Shown in pieces: positions 26,141-39,858 of a stretch of 64,000 nt of DNA. The notes beneath the pieces were generated by a model that saw nothing but the letters and a program-made list of their open reading frames with translations, searched no databases and was not told the DNA's origin. Numbering within the stretch: the stretch's first letter is position 1; each line of letters starts with the position of its first letter. Source of the stretch: Eledone cirrhosa (taxonomy: Eukaryota); the NCBI GenBank assembly GCA_964016885.1, contig OZ024743.1, positions 239,010,001 to 239,074,000 on the forward strand. The letters are read 5' to 3'. The position numbers were made by a program, and so were the translations under genes.

Positions 26141-26314
26141 TGGCAGTATCGGTAGAGGGTCGGACACCATGCTTTCCAGCATAGTTACGTCCCTTTACAA
26201 TCTGAGTTCAAATCCCGCCGAGGTTGACTTTGCCTTTCATCCTTACGGGGTCGATAAAATAAAATACCAGTAATGCACTGGGTAATTGCTGGCCTTGTTC
26301 CTAAAGTAGAAACA
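26141..26314 (+). mobile_element. SINE family A with TSD gttattatcc(tg)
   Basis: A box tggcagtatcggtag, B box gagttcaaatccc, 3' end agtagaaaca; direct repeat at 26131 and 26315. Confidence 0.9.
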
Positions 26315-26399
26315 GTTATTATCCTGTTGCTGTCGCTTTCTTGACCGGAGATGCGGGTCAGTGGCTTTCGGCATCATCTGGCAGCACAACGGCAAATAA

Positions 26400-27465
26400 A
26401 TATATTCTCTATTTTTTTTTTTTGTCTTTTCTTTCTCTCTGTCTAATCCCATTCAAATTATTTGGCAGTGAATTAGTGGTCAGTTTTGTTTTGTTTTGTT
26501 TTATGTTTCCATTTGTTTTTATTTATTTCTCTCGCTCCTCTCGTATGTTTCGGTGCGTTAAATTTGTGAGGTTCCTAGCAGTTATTATTTGAGGTTATAT
26601 TTCCATTCTAGGGTGTATTCCACCATAACAGCACATACTGCTTCCCAGCATCATGGATTAAACTGTGAGTTAATGCCGCGAATGTTTGACTATTGGGTAA
26701 TCAGATAGTCCAAGCGTATAATCATCAATGTAGATATCGATAGAGTCTAGTGGATTTGAGAATGTGTTAGAAGTGATGAAGCAGCGTGGTAAATGTTTAA
26801 GATAAACATTCATTAACTCAAGAGGGTTGGTATCTGATGCAGGCAAATTTCCTTCATAGACGTCAGGATCAACATCTTTATGGGCTTCGCGTGTTGAGTT
26901 ACGTATGGCGAACTATAATGTTTAATAATTCGCGACTAGTATAACAGCTCTTTACGGCTCTCATTCAATGGGATGAAAAAGCCTGTAAATGGGTATACTT
27001 GCTCCAAGGAATGGCATAATATTAGCATAGCACATACATATATACACATACATGTATGCCCACGTACATATGTGTGTTGGTATGTCAAATACACACATAT
27101 ATGTGGGGAGCAACGCGCGTTGGTTTGTTTTTAATTTTTATTTCTTCTCTCTTTCTAATCCTATTCAAAAAAATTATTTAGCATTGAATTGATGGTCGTT
27201 TTTTTTTTTGTCCCCCTTCCTTTTATTTTGTTTCTTTCTCTCGCCCTTCGCGTAAATTTTGGTGCGTTATATTTGTGAGGTTCCTATCAATGGTTAATAG
27301 CATTTATTATTTGTGGTTATGTTTCCATTCTAGGATGTATTCCACCATAGCAGCACATTCTGATTCCAGGAATCTTGTATTAGACAGTGAATTAATGCCG
27401 CGAATGTTTGGAACGCAAAAGTATTTGAGTAATGGGTAATCCAAGAGTAAGATCATCAATGTATG
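26400..27465. repeat. Diverged direct duplication of ~330 bp (26400-26730 / 27125-27465)
   Basis: Shared blocks such as atttgtgaggttccta, tttccattctagg.tgtattccaccata and ttaatgccgcgaatgtttg. Confidence 0.8.
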
Positions 27466-28344
27466 GTAAACAAATCTTAAATAGAGCTTGGAGCAGATAT
27501 TACGTTAAGAGTACATGAGTGGATATGGAAAAAATGTTTACCTCGTTTGGTGTTGAATTTGTAGTTCCAGAAATTTTTTTTTTTCAATCACAGGAAAGTG
27601 CACACATATACATATATGTATATATACAGGTACATATATTAATGAACTTGTATTTCACGTTAAACACAGAGGGACATCAGTAAATAATAATAACGATATT
27701 TAGATATGACAATATAGATGTACATATCTCTATTTCGGGGGTTATTTTTTTTCCCTCTGTGTGACCATTTATGTGGTGTTTTTATACACCCTACTTATGA
27801 GGATGCTCGGTACATTAGAATTACAGCAACCAAGAGAGCAGATTATCAATATCGGAAGGAAGAAATGCAAATCTCATTTCGGCAGAATTTGATCTCAGAA
27901 TGATAAAAGGATAAATGAATACCGCAATGGCAGTTTATCCGAGGCTCTACTAATTCTGCCAATCCACTAGACTATGTTATGTTAAATATTACTATGATTA
28001 TGTTGAAATATGGAATTTACGTCGTATTTTTAACTGTGGTAATGAACTGGTTAGGCATGGCTGTACCATGGATAAAGAAAGGACGAGGGATGAACAGTAT
28101 GAGCACAGTTTATGGAAGGGTTAAAATAATCAACAAAAAGAGAAAAGGAAGAGTAAAGGATAGACAGACACTGGCTACATTGTCTATCTCAGTTGCGCCC
28201 TGCGGACAGTTGGCGGAAGTATTGCCGCAGAAAATAGCCAGCGGCACCCATTGTATAAACCATTCTACTTCATAGGAGCTCCTTCTTCAGGTGGGATGCA
28301 CTCTTCTCGTTTTTGAAGAAGACAATTAGGGAATTCGACGGAGA

Positions 28345-28590
28345 TCGGCACAAGGGAACGGTCGGTTAAGTACCTGTATTTTGGTTACCTTTTGCTCCTC
28401 TAGTGTATCTCTGGGATCTAGGATGCTGGAGGTCTTGACAGTGACCAGCACAAAGGAAGCAGTTGGTCAAGTCCCAGTATTTATCTATTTTCTTATTCTC
28501 TGCGTTACCGAAGGAAGTGTCTGGGATTGTGGCCGAAGCAACTACATTGGAACGAGAAAACGTATCGCAGTATGTCACCTCCCGAATTAG
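28345..28590 (-). pseudogene. CRE-like RLE endonuclease remnant
   Basis: CDTFSRSNVVASATIPDTSFGNAENKKIDKYWDL resembles the region after WDAT (..AEGAKLLKYRSL) in the 22.7 kb element. Confidence 0.55.
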
Positions 28591-29799
28591 AGATCCTCCA
28601 CCCGGGAAACTCGACTTGTTTTATACGTGGAGATGAAAAAACAAATTTTATGATTTGAAGTATTATTATACTTTAATATACTGGCAATTATTCTTATATT
28701 ACTCTATATAGTGGGAGTTATGCAAATATGAAATATATTTGTATAGTTTACTTAATAGTCAATTATGAGGAGGTAGTGTGATGGACTTGACTACAAGGAT
28801 ATATGCAATGGAATTTGGAGAAAATGTTGTATTGGATACATCTCTTAAAATGATATACAGAATTAAAATGATATACAGGTAATCAGAATTCTGCATCAGC
28901 GCCAAAAAAAAAAAAAAAGATTAAATTAATCGGATGAAAATCTTGGAAATGTAGATGTAAGCTTTATATAGCCTGTGGCACAGACATATAACACTTATCT
29001 AGAATATGTGACTGGTGCTATAATGAAGCTTTATTAAACATCATAAAAGGAAACGGTGAAATAAGAAAAAATTAGATATAGGACGGAAATGTTGAAAAAA
29101 TTAATAAATAATTAGGAAGAACATGAAGCAGTTAAGGGTTAATGAGATATATTCATATAACTCTAAAGAAATTATCTCGGCTTGGACACGAAACATTTAC
29201 AACGTTATGAATAAAATAATGCTATGATATATTTTTCCTTGGTATACGACGACAATAACCAGTAGCAACTATATGTACATCTACATGTTAAAGAAGGAAT
29301 TGATATGTAGATTGGAAACCAGAATTTCGGAGCAAAAAATGAAAAACCCAAAACCTAGATGTGTGATGATTTCAATTATCAATACTACATAGCTTTAAAC
29401 AGTTTATGGATTTCTAAACAAAGACATTTATATTTGCACAATTTTCGAACTAAATGACATTTCTGAAACTAGGAAGATTCTAAGATAGTGTTTTGATTTG
29501 CTAAAAATAGCAACCGAATCTCCCTTAAATTACAGTATATTCTTAAATTACATGGGACAGAGTATATCTAGATATAAAAAATGATCGTTTAGTGACCAGT
29601 AGAAAGTATTTGACGTTAGCTCTATGACATCAGGGCACACGAAGAATTCCACAACTGCAACAATTCAACAATAGACACAAAGCGACAATAAGAATAAAAA
29701 CAACAAGCCAGCATAAGAATCAATGATCAATGTAAACTTTACATTCCACGCACAATTATATTAGCACTGTGTATATATTGCTCATCAGAATATATGATA

Positions 29800-30065
29800 G
29801 TCACCTTCCATCATTCGTCAACACGGCCCCGAGGTACTTGAACTTCTCTGTCTGCTTCAGTTGAAGTCCATTCATATGTTGCGTGCAGGCTTCCTTGAGA
29901 GGACGAGTGTCTCAGTTTTCGCAGCATTGATTTTCATTCTAGCCATGCAGCACTCGGCATCAAACCTATCAAGTGCAAGTCGAAAATCATCTTCTGTCAT
30001 GTTGAGTAACACAATGTTGTCTGCAAATTCCAGCTGACTGATTTTACACCGATGTGCAGGAAGAT
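29800..30065 (-). pseudogene. RTE-like LINE RT fragment
   Basis: LEFADNIVLL..MKINAAKTETLV, then KQTEKFKYLGAVLTNDG in another frame. Confidence 0.8.
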
Positions 30066-30830
30066 CAGGCAAAGCCGCTTCATTTTCCCAGTGGTCAGAA
30101 TGGGGAAGGCATTACTCCGGAGTATAACGAGAAGGGGATGATACGTTGATATGGCCCTTCCAACACGTGGAGTTCACTCGTGCGGGTTTCAGTATATTCA
30201 TGAGATTTAACGTTATCTAACGTAGAGGGGCGAACATGGGTATAGAAGGGAAATGAGACGAGAGATGCAGATAACTGTATCCAAGCACACATAACCCATA
30301 CAATCATTCCTTAGTGAGTCTCCCTCTGAATAGTGTAACGTAGCGCCTCGACAAAACGAGATTGATTAAAGACTGACCGAACCCGAATAAGGTATAAATA
30401 AGAAATGTATATGATAGATTATATCAAGGCGGTGACTAAGCATTCAATTAGAAAATGAAAGCACACACATAAACACACTACATGTACACACACACACAGG
30501 CGCGTGGGTGGTTGCATGTATTTGTATTATATGTATGCATTTATATGTAAGTGTACGTATATCTATTCTATTCCGTGTCTTGTCATACACTATACGCCCA
30601 TCCGTCTAAGCAAAACAATCAATGATTTAAGATGCTTTTATTATGGTTCTGTGTGTACCTGTGTCCTAAACATTGTCCACTTAAAAGGAGTCTAGAACCG
30701 TTTCTGTGTGTGGGTGTGGGTACGTATATGTGTGTGTACGTATTGTCCTATATATAGAGATATGTATTGGTGTATATATGTACGTATATATGTATATATA
30801 TATATTTGTATGTATATATGTGTATGTCTG

Positions 30831-30905
<75 letters not shown>

Positions 30906-30927
30906 AGATATGTATGTGTATGTATGA

Positions 30928-31177
<250 letters not shown>

Positions 31178-31787
31178 ATATACAGTGATACACTTTCGTA
31201 CTTGTATGTATGTGTGTGTATAATTGTAGCTGGGTATGTATATTTGAGTTTGCGTGTTTGTGTGTGTGTATGGCTGAACATATGTATGTTTGTATTTATG
31301 TGACTGTCTGGGTATATCTACTTATGGTTGCACGTGACTGTATATAACTCTCCGTGTGGTGTCTGTATTTGTTGTGTGTGTTTGTGTATGTCCTATTCCT
31401 ATATGTCAATGTGTGCGTTGTGTCCTTGTGAATATTATGCTTCTATGTCTTCATGACTGTCTGTATGTTCGTGAGTATTGTCTGTGCTGTGTTCGTGTGG
31501 TGTGTTTCCGTGAGTCCGTGTGAAGTTCGTGTTTATGTATATAGTGGGCAGTATGAATATATGAGAGTTGTCTCTATATGTGTGTGTCCCGTCCATCTTG
31601 TGGCTCTTCTAGCAGTAAATCTCGCCAAATTGACGTGATTCTCGTTTGGAGATCAGTTAAAGGTTTAGTCATAGTTTCCCTTCTGAAGACTTTTTTGTTT
31701 ATCACCAATTATTTTTGACAGAACAGCATTTATAATAAGGTTAACGATAATACTACTTATACAACAACAACATCAAAAACAACAGCA

Positions 31788-32091
<304 letters not shown>

Positions 32092-32371
32092 TATCAAAAC
32101 GTACTGTTACAGCAACAACAAATAACAACAAAACAAAATCAAGATATTGTTACAACAAAGTTAACTACAAATACAAAAACGATGACAAACAAGAAAAAAA
32201 ACTAAAGCAACAACAACAATGAAACAGTAACATAAACGGATTAGTTACCTGACTATTAAAAACAATGTTTCAATACAAAATTTCACTTCAAGTATCTTGC
32301 ATAACAAATACAAAAACTATGTGGATGTATATGTATGTATTCATATGTGTGTATATATATGTATATGTATA

Positions 32372-32431
32372 TAGGAGAAAGTAGGACCCTGACGGCAGAG
32401 CTCAAGCCGTTTCGACGGCTATTTCTGGACT
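32372..32431 (-). mobile_element. AGTCCAG family fragment (HHR 3' half)
   Basis: Reverse complement of 31048-31108 with the same agtccag boundary. Confidence 0.75.
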
Positions 32432-32479
32432 ATGTATATATGTATATATTTTTGTGGAGCGAGAGACTCCTAGTCTTCA

Positions 32480-32960
32480 TTAAGACATATCTCTAGAAGA
32501 TCACTTTGATATAAAACTTGCGACTTCGTTCGCATCCAATGATGTAGATCAGTTCTTCTTAGTTGGCAAATGCACTCGATATTCAGAGAGTCGGATTGAC
32601 CCCGCGCAAAGCCTTTCCTTACCTGAAAAAACTTCAAGCACATGATTTTTTGCGATGCATGATATTGCTGGCCATATGCAAGTCCCTAGCAGGACTAAAA
32701 AAAAACACGTCCTTGATGCTCATGCTTAAGTATCAAGCAATGGCATTATTCAAAATCGTGTTGCAGTCATCATGTATGAATGTATGTATGCATACGGAAG
32801 ATCTGAAGATCTGTGTGTCATAATGAGATCAAGAACGTGTCCAGTTGTATCTATAGGCTTCAAGAAGCAAGAGGGAGGAGAAAAGCATCATCAAACATAC
32901 CAGCCACATTATCTATTAAACCTCATATTTGAAGGATTTGTGGACTTGCTTGCAAATCTT
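32480..32960 (+). pseudogene. Possible very decayed Ty3/Gypsy RNase H remnant
   Basis: HFDIKLATSFAS resembles HFD..L....DAS; LLAICK..YQAMALF. Weak similarity judged by eye only. Confidence 0.3.
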
Positions 32961-33539
32961 TGACAGGTCTAAAATGTCATGCCATATATAAACATCCAAA
33001 CTGAGTCTATTAGCAATCTATTTAGCATCGATAACTACATTAAATATGCATACACTTACACATAAACCATAAACCATATGCCTATAAAATGGAACAAACG
33101 CAAGCAATCATCGAATGCCCTATACGTAAATACTGCACTCAGAAAACAAAGCCAATAGTAAACAAAGCTTCTAATGGACAAGACCGTCGGATTGCAAACT
33201 CGTAAAATTTACATTTGCAAAAACCAAGCCAATCATGAATAAAATGTTTATATTAGAGCTAAGACATCCCCCAAAAGCCCTACCTTAGACATCATCCATA
33301 TATCCCAAACCCTAACCCGCTCTAAGTTTGAATATATGGGAGACGAAAGTTTCAAGCTGCAGTCGTCAAATTACGCAGTTTCTGTATAAGAATAGACATT
33401 AGATAATATCCATTATTACCTGCAGCGATTACAATTACATTACGTAATAGGCTTTGCTCCATATGTATAAGAAAACATTTATAAAAAATTAGAATTATAT
33501 AATATTTTTTATATCACTCATTGTATATTTTTCCTAACA

Positions 33540-34562
33540 CGTTGATTCGCTCTCTCTCATGAACCTGTTATTTTTATCTAAAGACATTTTTTCCAATTCC
33601 ATCCCGCCCGTTTTTTCCAATTCCATCCCGCGAAACCCATGGCGAGTGTTCCGGGTATGCTTGTGTATGTACGTATATGGATGCGTGTATGTATATATTT
33701 AATTTCAATTACCTTTGTATTTTATTTACTTTATTCTTAACTCTGAAGCCGAGAATCATTCGGTTTCCTAAATAGGTTTTTAGTCTACGACTTCAGTTAT
33801 ACCATTTACGTGGTTTTGTCTTTGCGTGTAATTGTTCTCATTGCACCACATAATGACGTATTATCTTCGTTTTTTCCGTTCATTGCCAGAGAACGTCTCC
33901 ATGAACCACCTAATGGAATATTAGTCTACGACTTCATTTATACCATAAACGTGGTTTTGTCTTTGCGTGTAATTGTTTTCACTGCTCCAAATAATGACGT
34001 ATTATCTTCGTTTTTTTTTCCGGTCTTTGCCAGGGAACGTTTCCACGAACGAAAGTATCGTCTTCCTGTCTTCCTTCAGTTGCAACGTTTTTTGAAATAT
34101 TTACTTCTGCGTTCACAGGTTGCCTTTTTTTAGTTTCAGAAGATCCCGTTAAGGGTAAAAGCAGCGATTCTTTGCCTAAACTTTAATCTGTTATTTTAAT
34201 ATATATATAGATAGAGAGAGAGAGAGAGAATGTCTGTTTGTCTGTCTGTCTGTCAGTCCAATTACTAAAACTCGAGAACCACCCAACCGAGTTTTTTCAA
34301 ACTTTACACATGTAATACTTATGTCCCCGTCAGTGTTTTGAGTAAAAACAATTTCAAATTTTCAATGCCCTCGGGACCGCATTAGTCGATTTAGCGATTT
34401 CTCTCTATAATTCTTAGTCTTTCTCTTTTTAGATAGATACATAAATATAACGTTGCGTCTTTATAATATCTGTCTGTATGCCTAGCTGTCTGCATTACGT
34501 CATTATGACGCGGTGTATGTGTGTGTGTGTGTCTGTGTGTATATATGTATATATATATAGTG

Positions 34563-34596
<34 letters not shown>

Positions 34597-34720
34597 GTGT
34601 GTGTAACGTATAACGTATTTCGAAATATTTACTTCTGCGTTCACAGATTTATTATTTTAGTTTCAGAAGATCCCGTTAAGGGTGAAAGAAGCGATTCTTT
34701 GCTTAAACTTTAATCTGTTA

Positions 34721-34792
<72 letters not shown>

Positions 34793-35122
34793 TATATTCG
34801 TGTACAGATATTTTTGCATACACATATAAACAAAAGTATCTATTTCGCGATAAAGTATTGATTTTCTTCGAACGGAAAAACACGCTGGTAATGTACGACG
34901 AATTGTTTTTATAAGCACAAAATGTAGACCCCAACCCGATGACGAGGTATTCCGTACTTCTCTGTACTGTTATTTATATAATCATGTACAGATATTTTTG
35001 CATACACAATAACAAAATATAAACAAACGTATTTATTTCACGAGGATCGTGAAGGATAAATATATATCAAATATATAAGAACCCTATAGCAAATCCCGAG
35101 CAACGCCGGGCCATTCTGCTAG
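33540..35122 (+). mobile_element. Non-autonomous Helitron(s) with internal tandem duplications
   Basis: 3' hairpin cccgagcaacgccggg (35095-35110) plus CTAG|T; duplications 33780-33900/33922-34050 and 34083-34205/34613-34730; blocks shared with 16099-17109. 5' end uncertain. Confidence 0.65.
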
Positions 35123-35124
35123 TA

Positions 35125-35156
<32 letters not shown>

Positions 35157-35158
<2 letters not shown>

Positions 35159-35362
35159 TAATATAGGCAATAGCAGTAAACTAACTGATCAATTTTATAC
35201 ACATAGCCGTTTTGACAAGATAGGAATTACTTACTAAAAGAAGTTCAAGTAGATCCTAAGTCCGAAGGTTTATCTGGTCGTGCTTAATCCGATTTCCTCG
35301 ACCTTAAATGACTGTGTGCGTATATACTTTGCTTTCGTCTATTGAAGGTCGATAAATATATA

Positions 35363-35435
<73 letters not shown>

Positions 35436-35850
35436 TGCATACATAGTCTTGTAACTGGTGGGGGAATTGTAGTGGCACCATATTGAAACGGCGTTTCTTG
35501 GGCATTTGAAATTTGGCGGAGCCCAATCTTCTCCAGGTTTGAATACAGCAGATTTCGTCTAGAGAATGATAGAGAGAGTGAGTGAATGGAAATTGGAAAG
35601 AGATATAGAGTAAAAATCAACCTCAGAAATTGACTGGTACTTTTTTTTTATCGACCTTCAATGGACAAAAGGCAAAGTATATACGCACACAATCATTTAA
35701 GGTCGAGGAAATCGGATTAAGCACGACCAGATAAAACTTCGGACTTAGGATCTACTTAAACTTCTTTTAGTAAGTAATTCCTATCTTGTCAAAACGGCTA
35801 ATATGTGTATAAAATTGATCAGTGAGTTTACTGCTATTACCTATATTAAT
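35157..35850. repeat. Fold-back with ~200 bp arms (35157-35356 / 35647-35850)
   Basis: Arms are near-perfect reverse complements; their inner ends include a SINE A fragment. Confidence 0.9.
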
Positions 35851-36131
35851 ACACCACCAAAGCTCTACCCAGACTTCATAAAGTATACTTTAAAGAATTC
35901 TTTTTCTTCCTAAAATATTTTATAAAATACGAATATGAAAAATCTGAAGCAAACATTCCCCACAGTCACAGAAGGGGATTTTTCGAGATCTGTGGTGGCC
36001 AAATTATGTAAACCAAACGAACACGCCAATGAGTATACAGAGGTTTTGTTTAAAGACGTAGATGAATGCATAAACGATAGAGATTGCTGTATAGGTATAT
36101 AGATACGTAGATATGTAAAAAGAGATAGTTG

Positions 36132-36185
<54 letters not shown>
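36132..36185. repeat. (GATA)n microsatellite, 3' flank of minus-strand Tx1-like LINE
   Basis: Direct reading. Confidence 0.95.
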
Positions 36186-36186
<1 letters not shown>

Positions 36187-36416
36187 GTTTCTATTTATTT
36201 GCCACCAGGGCACAAAAGAAAGGGACAAATACAAGGGGGGTGGGGAGTTTACATACAATAAAACGAGTACAAAAATATAACAAATAAAATAGAACAATCG
36301 AAGTCCTCAATAGGGAGGGGACGTTTTGTGGTCGCACACACCCCCGAAAAAATGTGCAACTCTTCTCCTTGGGAGCTCAAAGAGAGGGCACTCCCTTCTT
36401 CCTCTACCTTTTTCAC

Positions 36417-39400
36417 CTACAGGCTGATATATAGAGAAGGCCCATTCACACGGGCCATTCTCGCCACTTTCACCCACCTTTCATAAAACTGGCTGGGGTG
36501 GAGCACCACTCTCTCCATCCTGATCCTTCTTCCGAAATGGTATCAGAAGAAGAGAGCCAGTTGTTGACCAGAGAGAAAGGTGTCTGACCTCAGCCGTTTC
36601 AATCGCGTCCACCATATAACCTCTTTCACCATGGCTATTACGCACAGAAACACCGCCTCTTCTTCATTTTTGAAGGGGGGAGGCGGCTTGATCGTTACAA
36701 TGGATTCGGTGGTCAACCGGATTAGTCCCACCCGTGACAGCAGTCGTTCGACATAGCCCCACAGATCGGCGATGCCCGGGCACTGTACCAATGCGTGCGC
36801 AACAGTTTCCTCGTCGCGCACGTATCTGGGACAGATCTTTTTCGAGGGGTCTCTACCCGGGCGCCCGTGTCTGTAGAGCTTTTCTCGAACGGGCAGAGCC
36901 CCTCGGTATCACTGCCAGGCCAGGGACCTCTGGAAGTTATCCATGGGTCCCGGGTTGAATGTTCTACCGAACAGGTTGGCCAGTTCGTCTTCCTCCATGC
37001 CTAGGGCTTCTCCAAGGGCGTCGTCGCACCTGCGGCGCACCAGCCCTCTATAGAATGTCGAGGTGCAGTCTCCACTGAAAGCTGGGTCCGCCCACCAGAG
37101 AGCCGTGAGGGCCTGGGCACACTCGGTGTGCCCGGTGCCCAGTTTTCTGGGTCTTTGCTTGACCCAGGATTGCAGCTCAGTGAGTGAGACGAGTCTCGGA
37201 AAGGTTCGTCTCACAAACGGCGCCCACACCGGTTGACCGGTGAGGAATACCTGGAGGTGCCACAGCCTTGATGCGTGTTTACGCATCAGCAGCCACGGCT
37301 TCCCCAGCCCTCCTTTCGAAGCGTGTTGACAGCAGATGGATCTCCTCACCAAAGGTGCTCGCTTCTTCCAAAGGAATTGGAAGAGTGCGCGTTCCAATTT
37401 GGTGAGCGTCTCACTTGGGCAAGGCACGACGGTCAAGCGGTAGTAGATGACCGACGCTATAGAAGTGTTCGCCACCTCCACACGACCTTTCAGGGATAGT
37501 TTGCACTCGGCCCACTTCTGGGTCAGTGCAAACACCCTGTTCGATACCTCACCACAGTTCTTCTCCAACTGGAGGTCTGGTCCAAACCAGACCCCGAGCA
37601 ACTTCACCGGGCCCTCCGTCCAGCGTCCGACGACGCCATCGGAGGGCATCGGTTTGCCCCTCCATGTGCCGAGTTGCAAACCGATCGACTTGTCCCGGTT
37701 CAGCTTAGCCCCTGTAAACCTTTCATACTCCTCCAGTAAGGTGCCGATAGCCCCGATTTCCGAGGTGGTCGACACCATTACTGTTACGTCATCGGCGTAG
37801 GCCGACACCGCTTTCCGCAATCCCGGTTCCAAAGGGATGCCCTGCAACAACTCCAACTTCCGCAGCAGTGGCTCGAGGGCCAATATATGCAGAAGAGAGG
37901 AGAGAGCGCACCCCTGTCGGATGGACAGCATGATTTCGAACGGCTCCGAGAGGTAGCCGTTCACGTTGACTCTAGAGCAGATGCGGCTGCTGTGCATGGC
38001 AGTGATCCAGCCCCTGAAAACGAGTCCGAAACCTGCCGACGCTAGCACCGCATCCAGGTAACCATGGTCGACCCTATCGAAAGCCTTAGGGAATGAACCC
38101 GCCAAAGCCTGGTTCATTCCCTACCCTCTTTATGATGTATCGCATGAGGTGGAGGTTGTCGTGAACGGACCTGGACGGGATAGCACCTGTCTGCGCATCT
38201 CCCACCAGGTCCCCATGACAAGCGCCAACCTCTTTGCTAACACCTTGGTCAAAATCTTTAAGTTAAGAGTTATGGGCCTAACATTGCTAATCTCACCCCT
38301 TGTTCTCGTCCTTCCTCACTAGCGAGACTACGCACTTGGTCACAGAACAGGGAAATCTCCCGCTCTGTTGCCAGTTTCAGTAGACCGCCTCGAGGAAATC
38401 GGAGAATAAGTCCGGCATAGCTAAATAAAGTTCGTATGGAAAACCGTCGAGACCCGGGGATTTGCGTTTGCCGCATTGGCTCAGCACGTTCCCTATTTCA
38501 GCGGTTGAAATCGGCCTCTCGCAGGACTTCGCCTCCTCGTCCGAAAGACGAGGCAGGCCATCGAGGTATGGACCGACGTCTTCATCCCCATCCGGCACCC
38601 GCCTCTCCCGAACAATCGGGCAACGTGCTTTTGAAAGACCTCACACATCTGCTTAGGTTCAAGGATCACCCGTCCATCCTGGTCTCGCAAAGACCGGATA
38701 GTTGATCTAATCCCTCTTTTGGCTTCTGTCACGCGGGCCCAGCTAACAGCTTTGGTTCCCTCGTTTTCTAGCGCACGTATTTTGCTTCGGACAGCGCAGC
38801 CTTCGTGCTTCGCGTCAAAGAACTGGCCCAAGGCCGTTCTCGACGCTAGCACTCTGGCCACGTCGCCGCTTCTAATTGCCTCTTCTACACTATCTACCAA
38901 CTCCCTTTCCTTCCTATTTCTATCTGAGGCTAACTCCTTACTAAATCCTATTGAAACTACTCTAATCTCTCTTTTTAGAGATCCCCACCACCTGCTGTTG
39001 ACGATCGCTCCCGTCAACCGCTCCATAACTAAAGTACTTATCCCGTCCCTGTACACTTTACTTGTCGGTAAGGACAAGTTCAGTTTCCAGTAACCGGGTC
39101 CCTGTCTATGGGTTCTATCAATGTTGAGTATGCAGGTAACTAATTTGTGATCCGAATAGCCAACCATGAGCATTTCTGGAGAGTTTAAAATGTCCCTATC
39201 CTTATTTCTAACTAGGACCCTATCTAGGTACGACCTAGATGATCCGCTGAGGTTTGCCCAAGTCCAGGTTGACGCAGTCGGAAAATCTAGTTGATATCTA
39301 TCGGCCAGGTCAAATTGGCCGATTAACTCCTTCAGGCTGTTACACCCCCCTCTATCGGGACAAGCCCCTACATAGTCCCAACGTGCATCTAGGATACCAT

Positions 39401-39830
39401 TCCAGTCCCCCACTAAAAGCAAGGAGCGGGACGTCCCCAGAAAAGTCTCCAAACGTTGGAAGAAGTCCGGCCGCGCTGACCCAAAAGGGGCGTATGCGGC
39501 GACCACCCTAAAGGCTCCGCCTTCACCACTGCCAACGTCTACAACCACTAGTCGAGCCTCCGTGTCCAGGTGTACCGTCTGTGCGGCGAGACCCAGATGT
39601 TTTTGAAGCACAACGACAACCCTAGCCCCACCTCCAGGCTGACAGAGAGATGCGTGCATCTCAAAGTCGTCAAAGGTGGCGGCCAGCTGGCGCACGCTGC
39701 TGATCCGGGCCTCGCAAATGGCCATCACATTTATACAGTGGTGTGACCTGAGGTCATTTAGAAGTTTTGCTTGCTTCCAATATGAGCCCAGGCTACGCGC
39801 ATTTAGACAAGCCACTGTCAATACAGCCAT
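36417..39830 (-). pseudogene. Tx1-like ORF2 (APE + RT), disrupted
   Basis: CLNARSL, VGDWN, SYLDR, SDHKLV, KSPGLDG, KAFDRVDH, IRQGC, AYADD, HALVQC. Confidence 0.95.
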
Positions 39831-39858
39831 GTTGGTGGTAAAGAGAAAAAGGAGGCGC

